Assembly: GCA_037130655.1 (NCBI GenBank)
Contig: JBAXSP010000001.1
Coordinates: 101,830-165,829, forward strand
Source: a bacterium
Lineage (GTDB): Bacteria > Patescibacteriota > Minisyncoccia > Phycocordibacterales > UBA9973
DNA: 64,000 bases
Direction of reading: 5' to 3'
Position numbers and translations under genes: made by a program. This document shows, in pieces, positions 30,668 through 40,512 of the stretch. Below the pieces are notes generated by a model that made no database searches, had not been told where the DNA came from, and saw only the letters and a program-made list of their open reading frames with translations. Position 1 is the first letter of the stretch. The number at the start of each line of letters is the position of its first letter.

Positions 30668-32182
30668 ATGCGTGTCTCAAAAAAATATTTTATAAAAACT
30701 ATGCGCAAAAAAAATAAGTTGTTCATTTTAATATTGATAGCTATTTTGTGCCTTTTTGTCATGAAGGTTTTTTGGCTTCAGAAAATAGAACAACGAGTTG
30801 TCGCAATGTATGCAAAAAACGTTGTTGCTATCAAAAAAGAATTTCATTTCAATCCAAAACCATATCCGCAAACCAACGGACTATATATGTTTCGTGGCAA
30901 CCCAACACGTTCAAGTTATGGCACCGGACCACTTCCAACCAATCCGACTATTGCATGGAAATATCCCAAAGAAGCAATGTGTCGAATGTCTGAAACATTA
31001 GGTGTAACCAAACAATGGTGTGGTGCTGGCTGGACTGGACAACCAGTTGTCGATGAACGAGCTGATGGTATCACCGAATTAATGTTCGGTGCATATGACG
31101 GAGCAGTTCACTTTGTGAACGCCGAAACGGGGACAGATCTACGCCCAAAATTCCAAACTGGTGATATCATCAAGGGCTCTATCGCAAAAGACCCAGACAA
31201 CTTCCCGCTTATTTATTTTGGTTCACGCGACAACAAGCTCCGTATTCTTGCACTCGACAGAGACACCCCAACCGAACTCTGGTCACTCAATGCAGATCAC
31301 AATAAAGGCTTATGGAATGATGACTGGGATGGTAATCCAGTGATTTTGAATGACCTCCTTTTTGAAGGTGGAGAAAATGGCTGGTTTTATATTATCAAAC
31401 TCAATCGTTCGTATGATGCAAACGGTAAAGCACAAGTCGATCCAAAATTCCTTGTGCAAATGCCAGGCTGGACTGATCAGCTTTTGAAAGATGCTGGTGA
31501 TATCGAAGTTAGTATTGAAAATTCTCCTGCACTTTATAAAGACCGTGTGTACTTTGCAAACTCTGCTGGGCGAATTGTTGGACTTGATATTTCTCGTGCA
31601 GAAGAAGGCCTTGCACCAATCGCCTTTGATTTTTGGACTGGCGATGATACCGACGCATCAATCGTAATAGATGAAGAAGGTATGCTCTATGTAGGTAGCG
31701 AAGAACAACGTCACAATGAGCGTGGACGAGAGATCGGACAAATTATGAAGCTTGATCCATATACCAAAGGCAATCCACTTGTATGGAGCATCAAACTTCC
31801 TGCAAGTGAACATCTCGAAGGTGGTGTATGGTCTACCATGGCAATCACCAGAGATTTAGCAAAGAACCTGGCATTCTCTGTGACCAATTCAGGATACCTT
31901 TTGACCATCGACCGACAAACAGGCGAAGTCTATTCAAAGACCTACATGGGTGAACATTCTTGGTCTTCACCAAATATCATTGATGGCAAATTAGTAGTAG
32001 CAAGTTGCAAAGGCAATCTAACTGCTTATGATTTCACTGATCCAAATAAACTCAAACAAATCTGGAACCTCGCAATTCCAAGCGGTTCTTGTATCGAAAC
32101 AACTCCCGCTATCTGGAAAGGAAATTTCTACTTTGGTGTACGTGATGGATTTTTTTATAAAATTGAAGATAAGAAAAAATAA
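30668..32182 (+). CDS. membrane-anchored PQQ-like beta-propeller repeat protein
   Basis: 504 aa; N-terminal TM helix, repeated beta-propeller blades (BamB/PQQ-like repeats); true start possibly MRKKNKL at 30701. Confidence 0.65.
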   Translation: MRVSKKYFIKTMRKKNKLFILILIAILCLFVMKVFWLQKIEQRVVAMYAKNVVAIKKEFHFNPKPYPQTNGLYMFRGNPTRSSYGTGPLPTNPTIAWKYPKEAMCRMSETLGVTKQWCGAGWTGQPVVDERADGITELMFGAYDGAVHFVNAETGTDLRPKFQTGDIIKGSIAKDPDNFPLIYFGSRDNKLRILALDRDTPTELWSLNADHNKGLWNDDWDGNPVILNDLLFEGGENGWFYIIKLNRSYDANGKAQVDPKFLVQMPGWTDQLLKDAGDIEVSIENSPALYKDRVYFANSAGRIVGLDISRAEEGLAPIAFDFWTGDDTDASIVIDEEGMLYVGSEEQRHNERGREIGQIMKLDPYTKGNPLVWSIKLPASEHLEGGVWSTMAITRDLAKNLAFSVTNSGYLLTIDRQTGEVYSKTYMGEHSWSSPNIIDGKLVVASCKGNLTAYDFTDPNKLKQIWNLAIPSGSCIETTPAIWKGNFYFGVRDGFFYKIEDKKK

Positions 32183-32189
32183 TTAAAAA

Positions 32190-32216
32190 AAAACCGCATC
32201 ATTGCTGATGCGGTTT
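32190..32216. terminator. bidirectional terminator (AAACCGCATCA-TTGC-TGATGCGGTTT)
   Basis: 11-bp stem between convergent genes, flanked by A-run and T-rich sequence. Confidence 0.65.
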
Positions 32217-32235
32217 CCATAAAAAATAATTTAAA

Positions 32236-32709
32236 TTATTTTTTATGGTCATGTACTTCTACGCCAGAATAAGATTCTGCATTTCCTCCGTGTCCACCAT
32301 ATAGATAGAAAATCATAGGTCGCTGATTTCCAGAAGTATTACCTCCTGATCTCCTTTGAGAAAAGAAGAATCCCCAAATAAAACAAACTACACCAACAAA
32401 TCCTGCCAATAAAAACATAAACAGCTTTTGATGATCACTGAAACCGTCCGGATTTTGCATTGGGGCAACCGGTGGCAATTGCTGAATTGTTACTGGAACA
32501 GTAACTTCAGGATTTGTCACACGAACCGTTGGTGCCGGAGAATAATTCCTCACAATCACTTGAGGTTGTTGTGGTGCAGGTGCATAATACGAAGAAGGTG
32601 TTGGAAAATGTTGTTCTGTTTGTTGAGGTTGAACAGGAACAGAATTTTGTGCAAATGTAGGAGCAATCATTCCGAAAGCTACAACTACGATTAAAAGTGC
32701 TTTTTTCAT
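32236..32709 (-). CDS. hypothetical secreted/membrane protein (signal peptide, Pro/Gln-rich, C-terminal TM)
   Basis: 157 aa; MKKALLIVVVAFGMIAPTFAQ signal peptide; PQQ-rich; hydrophobic segment near C-terminus. Confidence 0.5.
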   Translation of the reverse strand: MKKALLIVVVAFGMIAPTFAQNSVPVQPQQTEQHFPTPSSYYAPAPQQPQVIVRNYSPAPTVRVTNPEVTVPVTIQQLPPVAPMQNPDGFSDHQKLFMFLLAGFVGVVCFIWGFFFSQRRSGGNTSGNQRPMIFYLYGGHGGNAESYSGVEVHDHKK

Positions 32710-32878
32710 TTAATGAATTTTTTATATTTTTTATTTAAATAACTTCTTACATATTATATACCATATTAAACTATATGTCAAGTACTTTTTCTCCTTATTT
32801 TACAAGCTCAAAAAGCGGCGAAACCAAGGGTTTCGCCGCTTTTATTATGTTTTTACTAGAGCCTGATAGCTAAAACCT

Positions 32879-32901
32879 TTGCGAAGCTGTCCCACAGCTT
32901 C
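32879..32901 (-). terminator. terminator hairpin (GCGAAGCTGT-CCC-ACAGCTTCGC) downstream of smc-like gene
   Basis: 10-bp perfect stem; a second hairpin AAGCGGCGAAACC-AAG-GGTTTCGCCGCTT at 32811-32840. Confidence 0.6.
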
Positions 32902-32912
32902 GCACTATTTTA

Positions 32913-35156
32913 TTATTTAGCGTACTGCTCCGCCTCATCAAACTTCACACAAAGGAGTTTTGATCCCCCGTCAGCCCCCACAGTCACTCCGTAGAGCAAT
33001 CCTGCTCGAGACATCGTCTCACGATTGTGTGTCACCACAACAAGCTGTGTATGCTTCGACAATCGTTCAATCATATCTCCGTATCGGCGAGAGTTTGCTT
33101 CATCGAGCGCCGCATCTGTTTCGTCGAGTACGAGGAATGGTGGCGGTGTCACTTGTGACATTGCAAACAAGAGTGCGATTGAAGTCAGAGAGCGTTCTCC
33201 ACCTGAAAGCATTTGCAAATCTTTGACTTTCTTGTGTGGCAAGTTCACGTGTATTTCAACTCCTTGTTCAAAACGGAATTCTTGGTCTTCCATATCAGAT
33301 TTGACCGGTATGTCAGAATCTTCGTCTTCCTCTGTATTCTTGCTCGGCTTTTTGTGCTCCACAGAAATAGAAAGAAACGCCGATCCTCCACCAAACATCG
33401 CATCAAAGAATTCTTGGAAGCGTTGATTGATTTTTTCAACACCTTCTTTGAATTCCCTGTCGAGTGTTTCTCGTAAATCTGCAATCAATCGTGTCAGATG
33501 CAAAATACTTTCATCCAGATCTTGCAATTCTTTTGACAGGAATTGATCACGTGCAATTGTCTCATCATATTCTTTGAGTACATCGTTTCCACTGACAATC
33601 CCCGCTTCTTCCAAACGGATTTTCATTCGTTCAATTTTGCGTCGCAAACTTTCGTGCTCTTCTTCATTGATATCACCGGCAATTTCTTCGTAGTTCAAAA
33701 TATCGATACCAATCAACACACTTGCCTCTTTGCGTTCTTCTTCGAAAAGATGTTTTCGTTTTTCAAAATTTTGCTCTTCTAGTTGATGCAATTGTTCGCC
33801 AGCTTCGATTTCACTTTGTTGTTTAATTAATGCAAAGTACTCAGTATCATCAAATGGTTTTTCATTACGCTTTGTGGTGAGTATTTTTTCTAAATCTGAA
33901 ATACCGTTTTCAATGTGTGCACGATTTTCGATAAATCCTGCCAACTGTAGTGCGAGTTGTTCTTTTGACGTTTGATACTCATCGAGCTTTTCTTGTTTAT
34001 TTTCTGTATTTTTACCTGCCACCAATTCTGTTTCGATGAACTGATTTGCGGTAATTTTGATTTGCGCCAAATGCTCACGAAGTTTTTCATCAGATACATT
34101 CTCATCTGCGAGTGTACTTATTTTTTCAAACACTTCTTTGACACGGTCAGCGGCAATAGAGATTATTTTCTTATCTGCTGTGTCACTTTCAAGTAAAGCA
34201 ATCATTCCTTCAAGACGCCCAATCGCACGACTCGTCTCGTCGACAAGTGAAGCGATTTTTTGTAACTCCTGACGCTTTTCTCTAATCAATCCTTCTTCTT
34301 CGTATACAACTACTTGATTGCGAGTTGCTTGAATTTCTTGGATTCGTGTTTTGATTCGTTCCAATTCTTGATTGTGTGAAGCTACACTGTGTTTGTTTTT
34401 TTGAGAAAGCGAGTGGATCGCATATGATTCCTTGCCCAAATACTCTTTGTAAAAAACACGAAGTTCTGTCCGAAACTCTTCAGTCTTTGCAATCTTATCA
34501 ACCTGTTTTTTCAAGAAGTTGATATGTGGTGCAAGTTCGCGACGAATAGCCGAAACCTCTTTCATATTGGCACGAGTCTTTTCGAGCTTACGTTCACTTT
34601 CTTTGATTTTGTATTGATAGATTTTGAGCCCGAGCGCATCTTCGATCATCACGCGTCGTTCTTTGCTATTGGCAGACAAAATACGATCTGCTTCACCTTG
34701 CGAAATGATGTGGTGACCAGATGCACCGATATGAACTGATGCGAGCAGATCTACAATGTCTTTCAAACGAACATCAGTGCCGTTGATTGAGTATTTGTTA
34801 CTTCCATCACGAAAAACTTCACGAGTGATTGTCACTTCATCAAAGTCGAGTGAAATGTTCTTTTCTCCATCACCAGTAAACGTAAATAGTTTTTTCTTAT
34901 TATCAAATGTAATAGAGACAGAAGCACGAGCAAGTTGTGACAATTGTTTTGAGCCTTTGAAGATGAGGTCTGCTCCAGATTTCGAACGCATTGATTTGAT
35001 TGATTGTTCACCGAGCACGAATCGGAATGATTCAACCACGTTTGATTTTCCAGAACCATTCGGTCCAACAACTGCCACCACAGGCTTATCAAAAGAAAGC
35101 GTGTGCTTTTTGGCAAACGATTTGAACCCCGAAATTTCAATAGATTTGAGCACCAT
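32913..35156 (-). CDS. smc: SMC-family chromosome segregation ATPase (short, 747 aa)
   Basis: N-terminal Walker A VVGPNGSGKSN, long coiled coils, C-terminal LSGGERSLTSIALLFA signature and Walker B LVLDETDAALD; shorter than canonical SMC, no obvious hinge. Confidence 0.75.
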   Translation of the reverse strand: MVLKSIEISGFKSFAKKHTLSFDKPVVAVVGPNGSGKSNVVESFRFVLGEQSIKSMRSKSGADLIFKGSKQLSQLARASVSITFDNKKKLFTFTGDGEKNISLDFDEVTITREVFRDGSNKYSINGTDVRLKDIVDLLASVHIGASGHHIISQGEADRILSANSKERRVMIEDALGLKIYQYKIKESERKLEKTRANMKEVSAIRRELAPHINFLKKQVDKIAKTEEFRTELRVFYKEYLGKESYAIHSLSQKNKHSVASHNQELERIKTRIQEIQATRNQVVVYEEEGLIREKRQELQKIASLVDETSRAIGRLEGMIALLESDTADKKIISIAADRVKEVFEKISTLADENVSDEKLREHLAQIKITANQFIETELVAGKNTENKQEKLDEYQTSKEQLALQLAGFIENRAHIENGISDLEKILTTKRNEKPFDDTEYFALIKQQSEIEAGEQLHQLEEQNFEKRKHLFEEERKEASVLIGIDILNYEEIAGDINEEEHESLRRKIERMKIRLEEAGIVSGNDVLKEYDETIARDQFLSKELQDLDESILHLTRLIADLRETLDREFKEGVEKINQRFQEFFDAMFGGGSAFLSISVEHKKPSKNTEEDEDSDIPVKSDMEDQEFRFEQGVEIHVNLPHKKVKDLQMLSGGERSLTSIALLFAMSQVTPPPFLVLDETDAALDEANSRRYGDMIERLSKHTQLVVVTHNRETMSRAGLLYGVTVGADGGSKLLCVKFDEAEQYAK

Positions 35157-35208
35157 ATATGATAAAAGTATAGCAAAAATTTTAGTAAGTAGTTAGTAGA
35201 AAATATAT

Positions 35209-35305
35209 TTTAATGACCAATGACTAATGACCAGTACTTTCGAAAAGAACGAAGACAATGTCTTCGTTCTTTATTAGTCATTCGTCATTAGTAATTAGTC
35301 ATTAC
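35209..35305. repeat. palindromic intergenic element copy 2
   Basis: TAATGACCAATGACTAATGACCAG ... GAACGAAGACAATGTCTTCGTTC ... TTAGTCATTCGTCATTAGTAATTAGTCATTAC; between smc and rnc, right arm abuts the rnc stop. Confidence 0.75.
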
Positions 35306-36001
35306 TTAGTCGTTCCACTCTTTGACTACCAGCGCATTAGTCGCCGCAGCCTGTTCAGCTTCTTGTTTTGACTTCCCTTTTCCGCGAGCAATTTCTTCCT
35401 CTCCGAAGAATATCGCAATCGTAAAATGTTTGTCATGGTCTGGGCCGTTTTCAGAAATTACTTTATAGAGTGGTGTCGTTTTGTAAATCTCCTGAGCTTT
35501 TTCTTGCACCAAAGATTTTGCATCACGCCACAATTTCTTGCTAACGATTTCATCAAGTCTCGGCATCAAAGTGTCTTCGACAAATTTCTTTGCTGTATCA
35601 TATCCTTGATCCAAATACACAGCACCCAAAAATGCTTCGTAGGTATTCGCCAAAATATATGAACGAGCCTTGCCAGTATCTTTTGATTCACCTTTTGAGA
35701 GGAGCAAGTATTCGTTCATTCCGATTTCACTCGCAACTTCAGAAATAATAATTGCGTTCACGAGCGCTGAACGATATGCAGTCAATTCTCCTTCATTGTT
35801 TCCTGGATATGCTTTGTAGAGGAAATCAGTTGTGATCAGTTCAAGTACCGCATCACCCAAAAATTCCAAACGTTCATTGTGACCATTTTTAGTACCACCA
35901 TTTTCATTGATATATGAACGGTGAGTAAAAGATTGTGCAAGGAGCGATTTATCAGAGAATACAATCCCTGTTTTATTTTCAAATTCTGTAAAATTTATCA
36001 T
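35306..36001 (-). CDS. rnc: ribonuclease III
   Basis: 231 aa; ERLEFLGDAVLEL RNase III signature, C-terminal dsRBD. Confidence 0.9.
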   Translation of the reverse strand: MINFTEFENKTGIVFSDKSLLAQSFTHRSYINENGGTKNGHNERLEFLGDAVLELITTDFLYKAYPGNNEGELTAYRSALVNAIIISEVASEIGMNEYLLLSKGESKDTGKARSYILANTYEAFLGAVYLDQGYDTAKKFVEDTLMPRLDEIVSKKLWRDAKSLVQEKAQEIYKTTPLYKVISENGPDHDKHFTIAIFFGEEEIARGKGKSKQEAEQAAATNALVVKEWND

Positions 36002-36058
36002 TTAATTATTTTATAGAGAAATATGATTCGTGCATCAAAATAATTTAATACGCGATTC

Positions 36059-36961
36059 TTAGTTCTCAAGCTTACTTACAATTTCGACTGCCTTTGTTAC
36101 CAACGGCACAATATCATCATACATGCGAAGATCCGCAATCTCATCTGGGGTGAACCATTTTGCATCATCAAGTCCGCCTGATTGTTCCAGTGTGAGTTCA
36201 ACATAATCAGCTTCAGCCAAGAAATATGAGACTTGCTTGCGTATCTTACCTTTTTCTGGATGAGATGCAAGGTATTCATTTTCACCCAATGTTTGTATCA
36301 CTCGGATATCAACACCAATTTCTTCTTTGAGTTCACGAATCACTGCATCTTCTGATGTCTCACCTTCTTCAACAGTTCCTTTTGAAAGCGTCCAATAACC
36401 GAAGACATCATGAACAAATGCAAATGATACACCTGCTTCGTGACGAGCAAACACTACCGCACCAGCCTTTCGTTCGATTGGAAGTTTTTCAAAATCAATC
36501 GGTTCAGTTGGTTTTTTCTTTTTAGAAATTTGATCTTTACCTGGCTCACCAAGTTCTTTGTAGACCGCACCGAGCACCCCATTGATAAAGCGACTAGAGT
36601 TGTCTCCGCCAAAACTCTTGGCAAGTTCGATTGCTTCATTGATAGCAACTTTTGGTGGTACTTCGTCTCGATTACCAAACAAAAGCTCAAATAAGCCGAC
36701 ACGCAGAATATTGCGATCAGCTACAGCAATCTTTTCGACTGGCCATTCAGGAGCAGCTTTGGTAATGATATCGTCGATAATAACTTGTTTTTTGACGACA
36801 CCATCAACAAGCAATTCGAGGAATTCAACTTCTTCCATTCCAGGACCAAATTCCGCAATATTGCGTTTCAAAATATCTAGTGCATTAGTAGTCTTCCCAT
36901 TAAAATCCCATTCAAAAAGTGTTTGGAGAACGATTGAGCGAGCGAGATGTCTATTTGCCAT
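36059..36961 (-). CDS. nusB: NusB antitermination factor fused to a C-terminal Nudix hydrolase domain
   Basis: N-terminal ~140 aa NusB fold (ARSIVLQTLFEWDF..., AINEAIELAK); C-terminal Nudix box GTVEEGETSEDAVIRELKEEIGV. Confidence 0.8.
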   Translation of the reverse strand: MANRHLARSIVLQTLFEWDFNGKTTNALDILKRNIAEFGPGMEEVEFLELLVDGVVKKQVIIDDIITKAAPEWPVEKIAVADRNILRVGLFELLFGNRDEVPPKVAINEAIELAKSFGGDNSSRFINGVLGAVYKELGEPGKDQISKKKKPTEPIDFEKLPIERKAGAVVFARHEAGVSFAFVHDVFGYWTLSKGTVEEGETSEDAVIRELKEEIGVDIRVIQTLGENEYLASHPEKGKIRKQVSYFLAEADYVELTLEQSGGLDDAKWFTPDEIADLRMYDDIVPLVTKAVEIVSKLEN

Positions 36962-36996
36962 ATTTTTATAAAGAACTAAATTAATGATTTGATAAA

Positions 36997-37200
36997 TTAT
37001 TTTTTACCAGCTTTCTTTTCAACTTTTTTCACAACATCGATAACTTTTCGTCCGCGATATTGACCAGTTGTAAGAGATGCTCGGTGGCGCAAGTGAACAG
37101 CACCGGTCTTTGCATCGGTAGTAATAGGAGCTCCATTTAGTGCATGGTGACTACGTCGGTTTGCACTGTGGGCACGTGTATGTCTCATTCGTACTGTCAT
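36997..37200 (-). CDS. rpmF: 50S ribosomal protein L32
   Basis: 67 aa; RRSHHALNG...DAKTGAVHLRHRASL..GQYRGRKVI matches the L32 pattern RRSHDAL...GE.HLRHH...G.YRGRKV. Confidence 0.75.
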   Translation of the reverse strand: MTVRMRHTRAHSANRRSHHALNGAPITTDAKTGAVHLRHRASLTTGQYRGRKVIDVVKKVEKKAGKK

Positions 37201-37240
37201 ATGTCAAACAATATAGCAGAAATGGAAAAATAAGTAAAGA

Positions 37241-37268
37241 AAAAAGCCGGAATAAGATTCCGGCTTTT
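37241..37268 (-). terminator. terminator hairpin (AAAAGCCGGAATAAGATTCCGGCTTTT)
   Basis: Inverted repeat with A/T flanks downstream of the 37281..38033 gene. Confidence 0.55.
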
Positions 37269-37280
37269 GTGAGCACTGCT

Positions 37281-38033
37281 TTACAGGAGCCCCACTAAAT
37301 TTTGATACGTAAAAACCAATCTCTTTGAAAATTCTTGATCTTCATAAGAATCTATTTTTTTCAAAAGATCCTCAATTCCAGAAATCACCGTTTCTAAATG
37401 TTTAAAAAAGATTAATGATTTAGGTCCCCTCTTAAGATTTAACTTAACTTCAACGTCAGCCAAATCAAGAGATAACCAAAATCCATTTCCTGTTTCTGGA
37501 TCATTTGGATTTCTGAAATCTGGGAAAAAGGCAATTTCACCCTCAAAATCGAAAGTAATGTACCGGTGAACTAAGTGCTTCTTGTACAAATGCTGCTTTG
37601 CTGGATCAGCATCTCGCTCTTCAGGTTTTCCATTGTCTTGCTTTCTGTAAACCTCAATAAGATTAAAAACTCTTATTTTGAATTCTTCATCAACTTCTCT
37701 GACAGCAGTGTCTTCAGGCTTCTCTCCGGTTGGTTTCTTTTTTTTCTGGGTTTTATCCCTTTCTTTATTTGCTTGTGAATTATAGGGCAACAGGCCTATA
37801 TACCACTTAGTGCCTATTTTCCGAAGAATACAGACTTGGGAAGAGTAGTCTCCTTGAAGACTCGTGCCTGCCGGAAGACGGATTTGGTCATATCCGAAAC
37901 TTACAGCTTTTTCAATTAAAGAGAAAAGTTCTTCTTTTGTTGAAATAATGATTTCTTTTGATGTTTGCTTATTAGCAGAGACATCTGATGTTTGCTTATT
38001 AGCAGGGACACCATCACCTTTTTGTTGTGTCAT
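37281..38033 (-). CDS. hypothetical protein with N-terminal 27-bp (9-aa) tandem duplication
   Basis: 250 aa; direct repeat of CATCTGATGTTTGCTTATTAGCAG(A/G)GACA at 37962-38015 encoding DVSANKQTS x2; AT-rich. Confidence 0.5.
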   Translation of the reverse strand: MTQQKGDGVPANKQTSDVSANKQTSKEIIISTKEELFSLIEKAVSFGYDQIRLPAGTSLQGDYSSQVCILRKIGTKWYIGLLPYNSQANKERDKTQKKKKPTGEKPEDTAVREVDEEFKIRVFNLIEVYRKQDNGKPEERDADPAKQHLYKKHLVHRYITFDFEGEIAFFPDFRNPNDPETGNGFWLSLDLADVEVKLNLKRGPKSLIFFKHLETVISGIEDLLKKIDSYEDQEFSKRLVFTYQNLVGLL

Positions 38034-38100
38034 ATTTTTTTGTATGTTTTATGTACGTTCGACTTCAATTATACTCTATATATAAGTTTTGTCAAGTAAA

Positions 38101-38127
38101 AAACCTCTGCCATTGTGTGGCAGAGGT
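38101..38127 (-). terminator. terminator hairpin (AACCTCTGCCA-TTGTG-TGGCAGAGGTT)
   Basis: 11-bp perfect stem directly downstream of the 38128..38688 gene. Confidence 0.6.
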
Positions 38128-38688
38128 TTATTGCTTGATACGTTCTTTTATTTTCCAAAGGATCCATTTCTGGTCTTCCGTAAGGATTTTACTAAGTTTT
38201 TCTAATGGAAAAAGGAAGGGTTCTCCCTTGTTAGGATCTGAGAAATTTTTTGTAAATTCTCCAAAATATGAATTAACGATATATACATAATGTCGTTGTT
38301 TTTTGTTTTGCGACATGATTGTATTCATAACTAATTGTTCAAGATCATCTGAACTAGCAGTAACACCGACATCATTAAACAAAGCACGCAGAGCTGTTTC
38401 TTTTTGTGATTCAACAATTTTTTCGTCAAGAAAATCATTTCCGATTATCTTGTCTTTGTTACAAGGGAGAACTAGTATATATAGTTTTTTCTTTCCTTTT
38501 TCTGCATTAAAAAGAACAACATATGAACAGTACTTTGAATCTTGCGATTCACTGTTCGGTAATACAATATCTGAAAATCCATGAGTCTCCAAATATTGCT
38601 CAACTTCGGAGATTGTATTCATGAATTTCATGATAGTAGTAACTATTAAGTCCTTGTAAAGTTTACTTATTTTGGTCAATTTTGTCAA
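38128..38688 (-). CDS. hypothetical protein
   Basis: 186-aa AT-rich ORF, no recognised motifs. Confidence 0.5.
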   Translation of the reverse strand: MTKLTKISKLYKDLIVTTIMKFMNTISEVEQYLETHGFSDIVLPNSESQDSKYCSYVVLFNAEKGKKKLYILVLPCNKDKIIGNDFLDEKIVESQKETALRALFNDVGVTASSDDLEQLVMNTIMSQNKKQRHYVYIVNSYFGEFTKNFSDPNKGEPFLFPLEKLSKILTEDQKWILWKIKERIKQ

Positions 38689-38728
38689 TAGCTGTAAAAA
38701 GCCTTCAAAATGGTATATTTATCAGTAT

Positions 38729-40474
38729 ATGCAACATGAAGAATTACAACATCTCCGTCACTCACTCGCCCACTTGCTTGGGGCAGCAGTTTTGGAATTG
38801 TATCCTGGTTCAAAATTAACACTTGGTCCAGCAATCGACAATGGCTTCTACTATGACGTCGATATTACCGGAAAAATCAGTGAAGATGATTTGGTCAAAA
38901 TCGAAGCAAAGATGCAAGAACTGATTACATCTTGGAGTACCTTTAGTAAACAAGCGGTTGACGCATCTACTGCCCAACAAACATTTGAAGGCAATCAATA
39001 CAAACACGAACTCATTGGTGAAATCGTCGAAAAAGGCGAAGAAATTTCTTTGTACACTTCTGGTAATTTCACTGATCTTTGTCGTGGTGGACACATTGAA
39101 AATATGCAAGACATCAAACCTGGTTCTTGGAAATTGGACCGTGTTGCTGGTGCCTACTGGAGAGGAAATGAAAAAAACAAAATGCTGACTCGTATCTATG
39201 GACTCGCATTTGAAACAAAAGAAGCACTTGATGCCTATGTAACACAACAAACAGAAGCCGAAAAACGTGATCACCGAAAACTTGCAAAAGAACTGTCATT
39301 GTTTACTATCTCAGACCTTGTTGGCTCAGGACTTCCACTCTGGCAACCAAAAGGAACCATTCTTCGACAAGAGCTCACCAATTTCCTTTGGGATCTTCAT
39401 AAACACAATGGATACAATTGGGTCACCACTCCTCACATCGCAAAAGAAGCACTGTACGAAACTTCTGGTCACGCTGGGCACTATATGGAAGATATGTTTT
39501 CTGTTCACGGAGGAACAAGTAAAGAAAACTTTTTCTTGAAACCAATGAATTGTCCGCATCACATGCAAATATTCAGTTCTTCACCATGGAGTTACCGTGA
39601 TATGCCTGTTCGTTATTTTGAACCAGCAACAGTGTACCGAGATGAAAAAACGGGGCAACTTTCAGGACTTACTCGTGTACGTTCTATCACACAAGATGAT
39701 GGACACCTCTTTTGTCGCGTCAATCAAATCCATGATGAAGTAGCGACGATTGTTGATATCATCAAACAATTCTATACAACATTCGGAATGATTGAAGGAT
39801 ATCGTGTACGTCTTTCACTTCGTGAAATTGGTAGTGACAAATATCTTGGTAGTGACGAAGTTTGGGAAAAAGCAGAAAAAGCATTAACAGCGGTTTGTGA
39901 AGATCACGGGCTTCCATATTTTGAAGGACCAGGAGAAGCTGCTTTTTATGGACCGAAACTCGACTTTATGTTCAAGGACGCTATTGGACGTGAACACCAA
40001 CTCGCAACAGTTCAACTTGATTTCAACCTACCAGAACGATTTGATTTGTCATTCACCAACGAAGAAGGAAAGGCAGAACGTCCAGTAGTTATTCACCGTG
40101 CAATCAGTGGATCACTCGAACGTTTCCTTGGAGTTGCAATAGAACACTTTGCTGGAGCCTTCCCTGTTTGGATGTCACCAGTACAAGTTTCAGTACTTCC
40201 TGTTTCAGAAGAACATCATGGAACATACGCAAAAGAATTATTCAAAAAACTTCAACAAGAAGATATTCGAGTTGAATTACTCACAGAAGACAGTCTTGGT
40301 AAAAGAATTCGTCACTCAAAAACTCAAAAAGTACCGTACCAAATCGTCATCGGTGACAAAGAAAAAGATTCTGGTAACCTAACTATTGAAGGACGTGGAG
40401 ATAAGATGGAAATGAGTATTGATGATTTTGTAGAAAAAATTTCAAACGAAATTAAAAACAGAACGCTCAACTAA
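38729..40474 (+). CDS. thrS: threonyl-tRNA synthetase (lacks N-terminal TGS domain)
   Basis: Editing-domain HxxxH (HSLAHLLG), class II motifs, C-terminal anticodon-binding domain. Start at MQHEEL assumed; ORF track ORF begins at 38672 and overlaps the upstream gene. Confidence 0.9.
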   Translation: MQHEELQHLRHSLAHLLGAAVLELYPGSKLTLGPAIDNGFYYDVDITGKISEDDLVKIEAKMQELITSWSTFSKQAVDASTAQQTFEGNQYKHELIGEIVEKGEEISLYTSGNFTDLCRGGHIENMQDIKPGSWKLDRVAGAYWRGNEKNKMLTRIYGLAFETKEALDAYVTQQTEAEKRDHRKLAKELSLFTISDLVGSGLPLWQPKGTILRQELTNFLWDLHKHNGYNWVTTPHIAKEALYETSGHAGHYMEDMFSVHGGTSKENFFLKPMNCPHHMQIFSSSPWSYRDMPVRYFEPATVYRDEKTGQLSGLTRVRSITQDDGHLFCRVNQIHDEVATIVDIIKQFYTTFGMIEGYRVRLSLREIGSDKYLGSDEVWEKAEKALTAVCEDHGLPYFEGPGEAAFYGPKLDFMFKDAIGREHQLATVQLDFNLPERFDLSFTNEEGKAERPVVIHRAISGSLERFLGVAIEHFAGAFPVWMSPVQVSVLPVSEEHHGTYAKELFKKLQQEDIRVELLTEDSLGKRIRHSKTQKVPYQIVIGDKEKDSGNLTIEGRGDKMEMSIDDFVEKISNEIKNRTLN

Positions 40475-40512
40475 TGCTATAATCGAACTATTATTCTTAG
40501 CCACTAAAAAAT

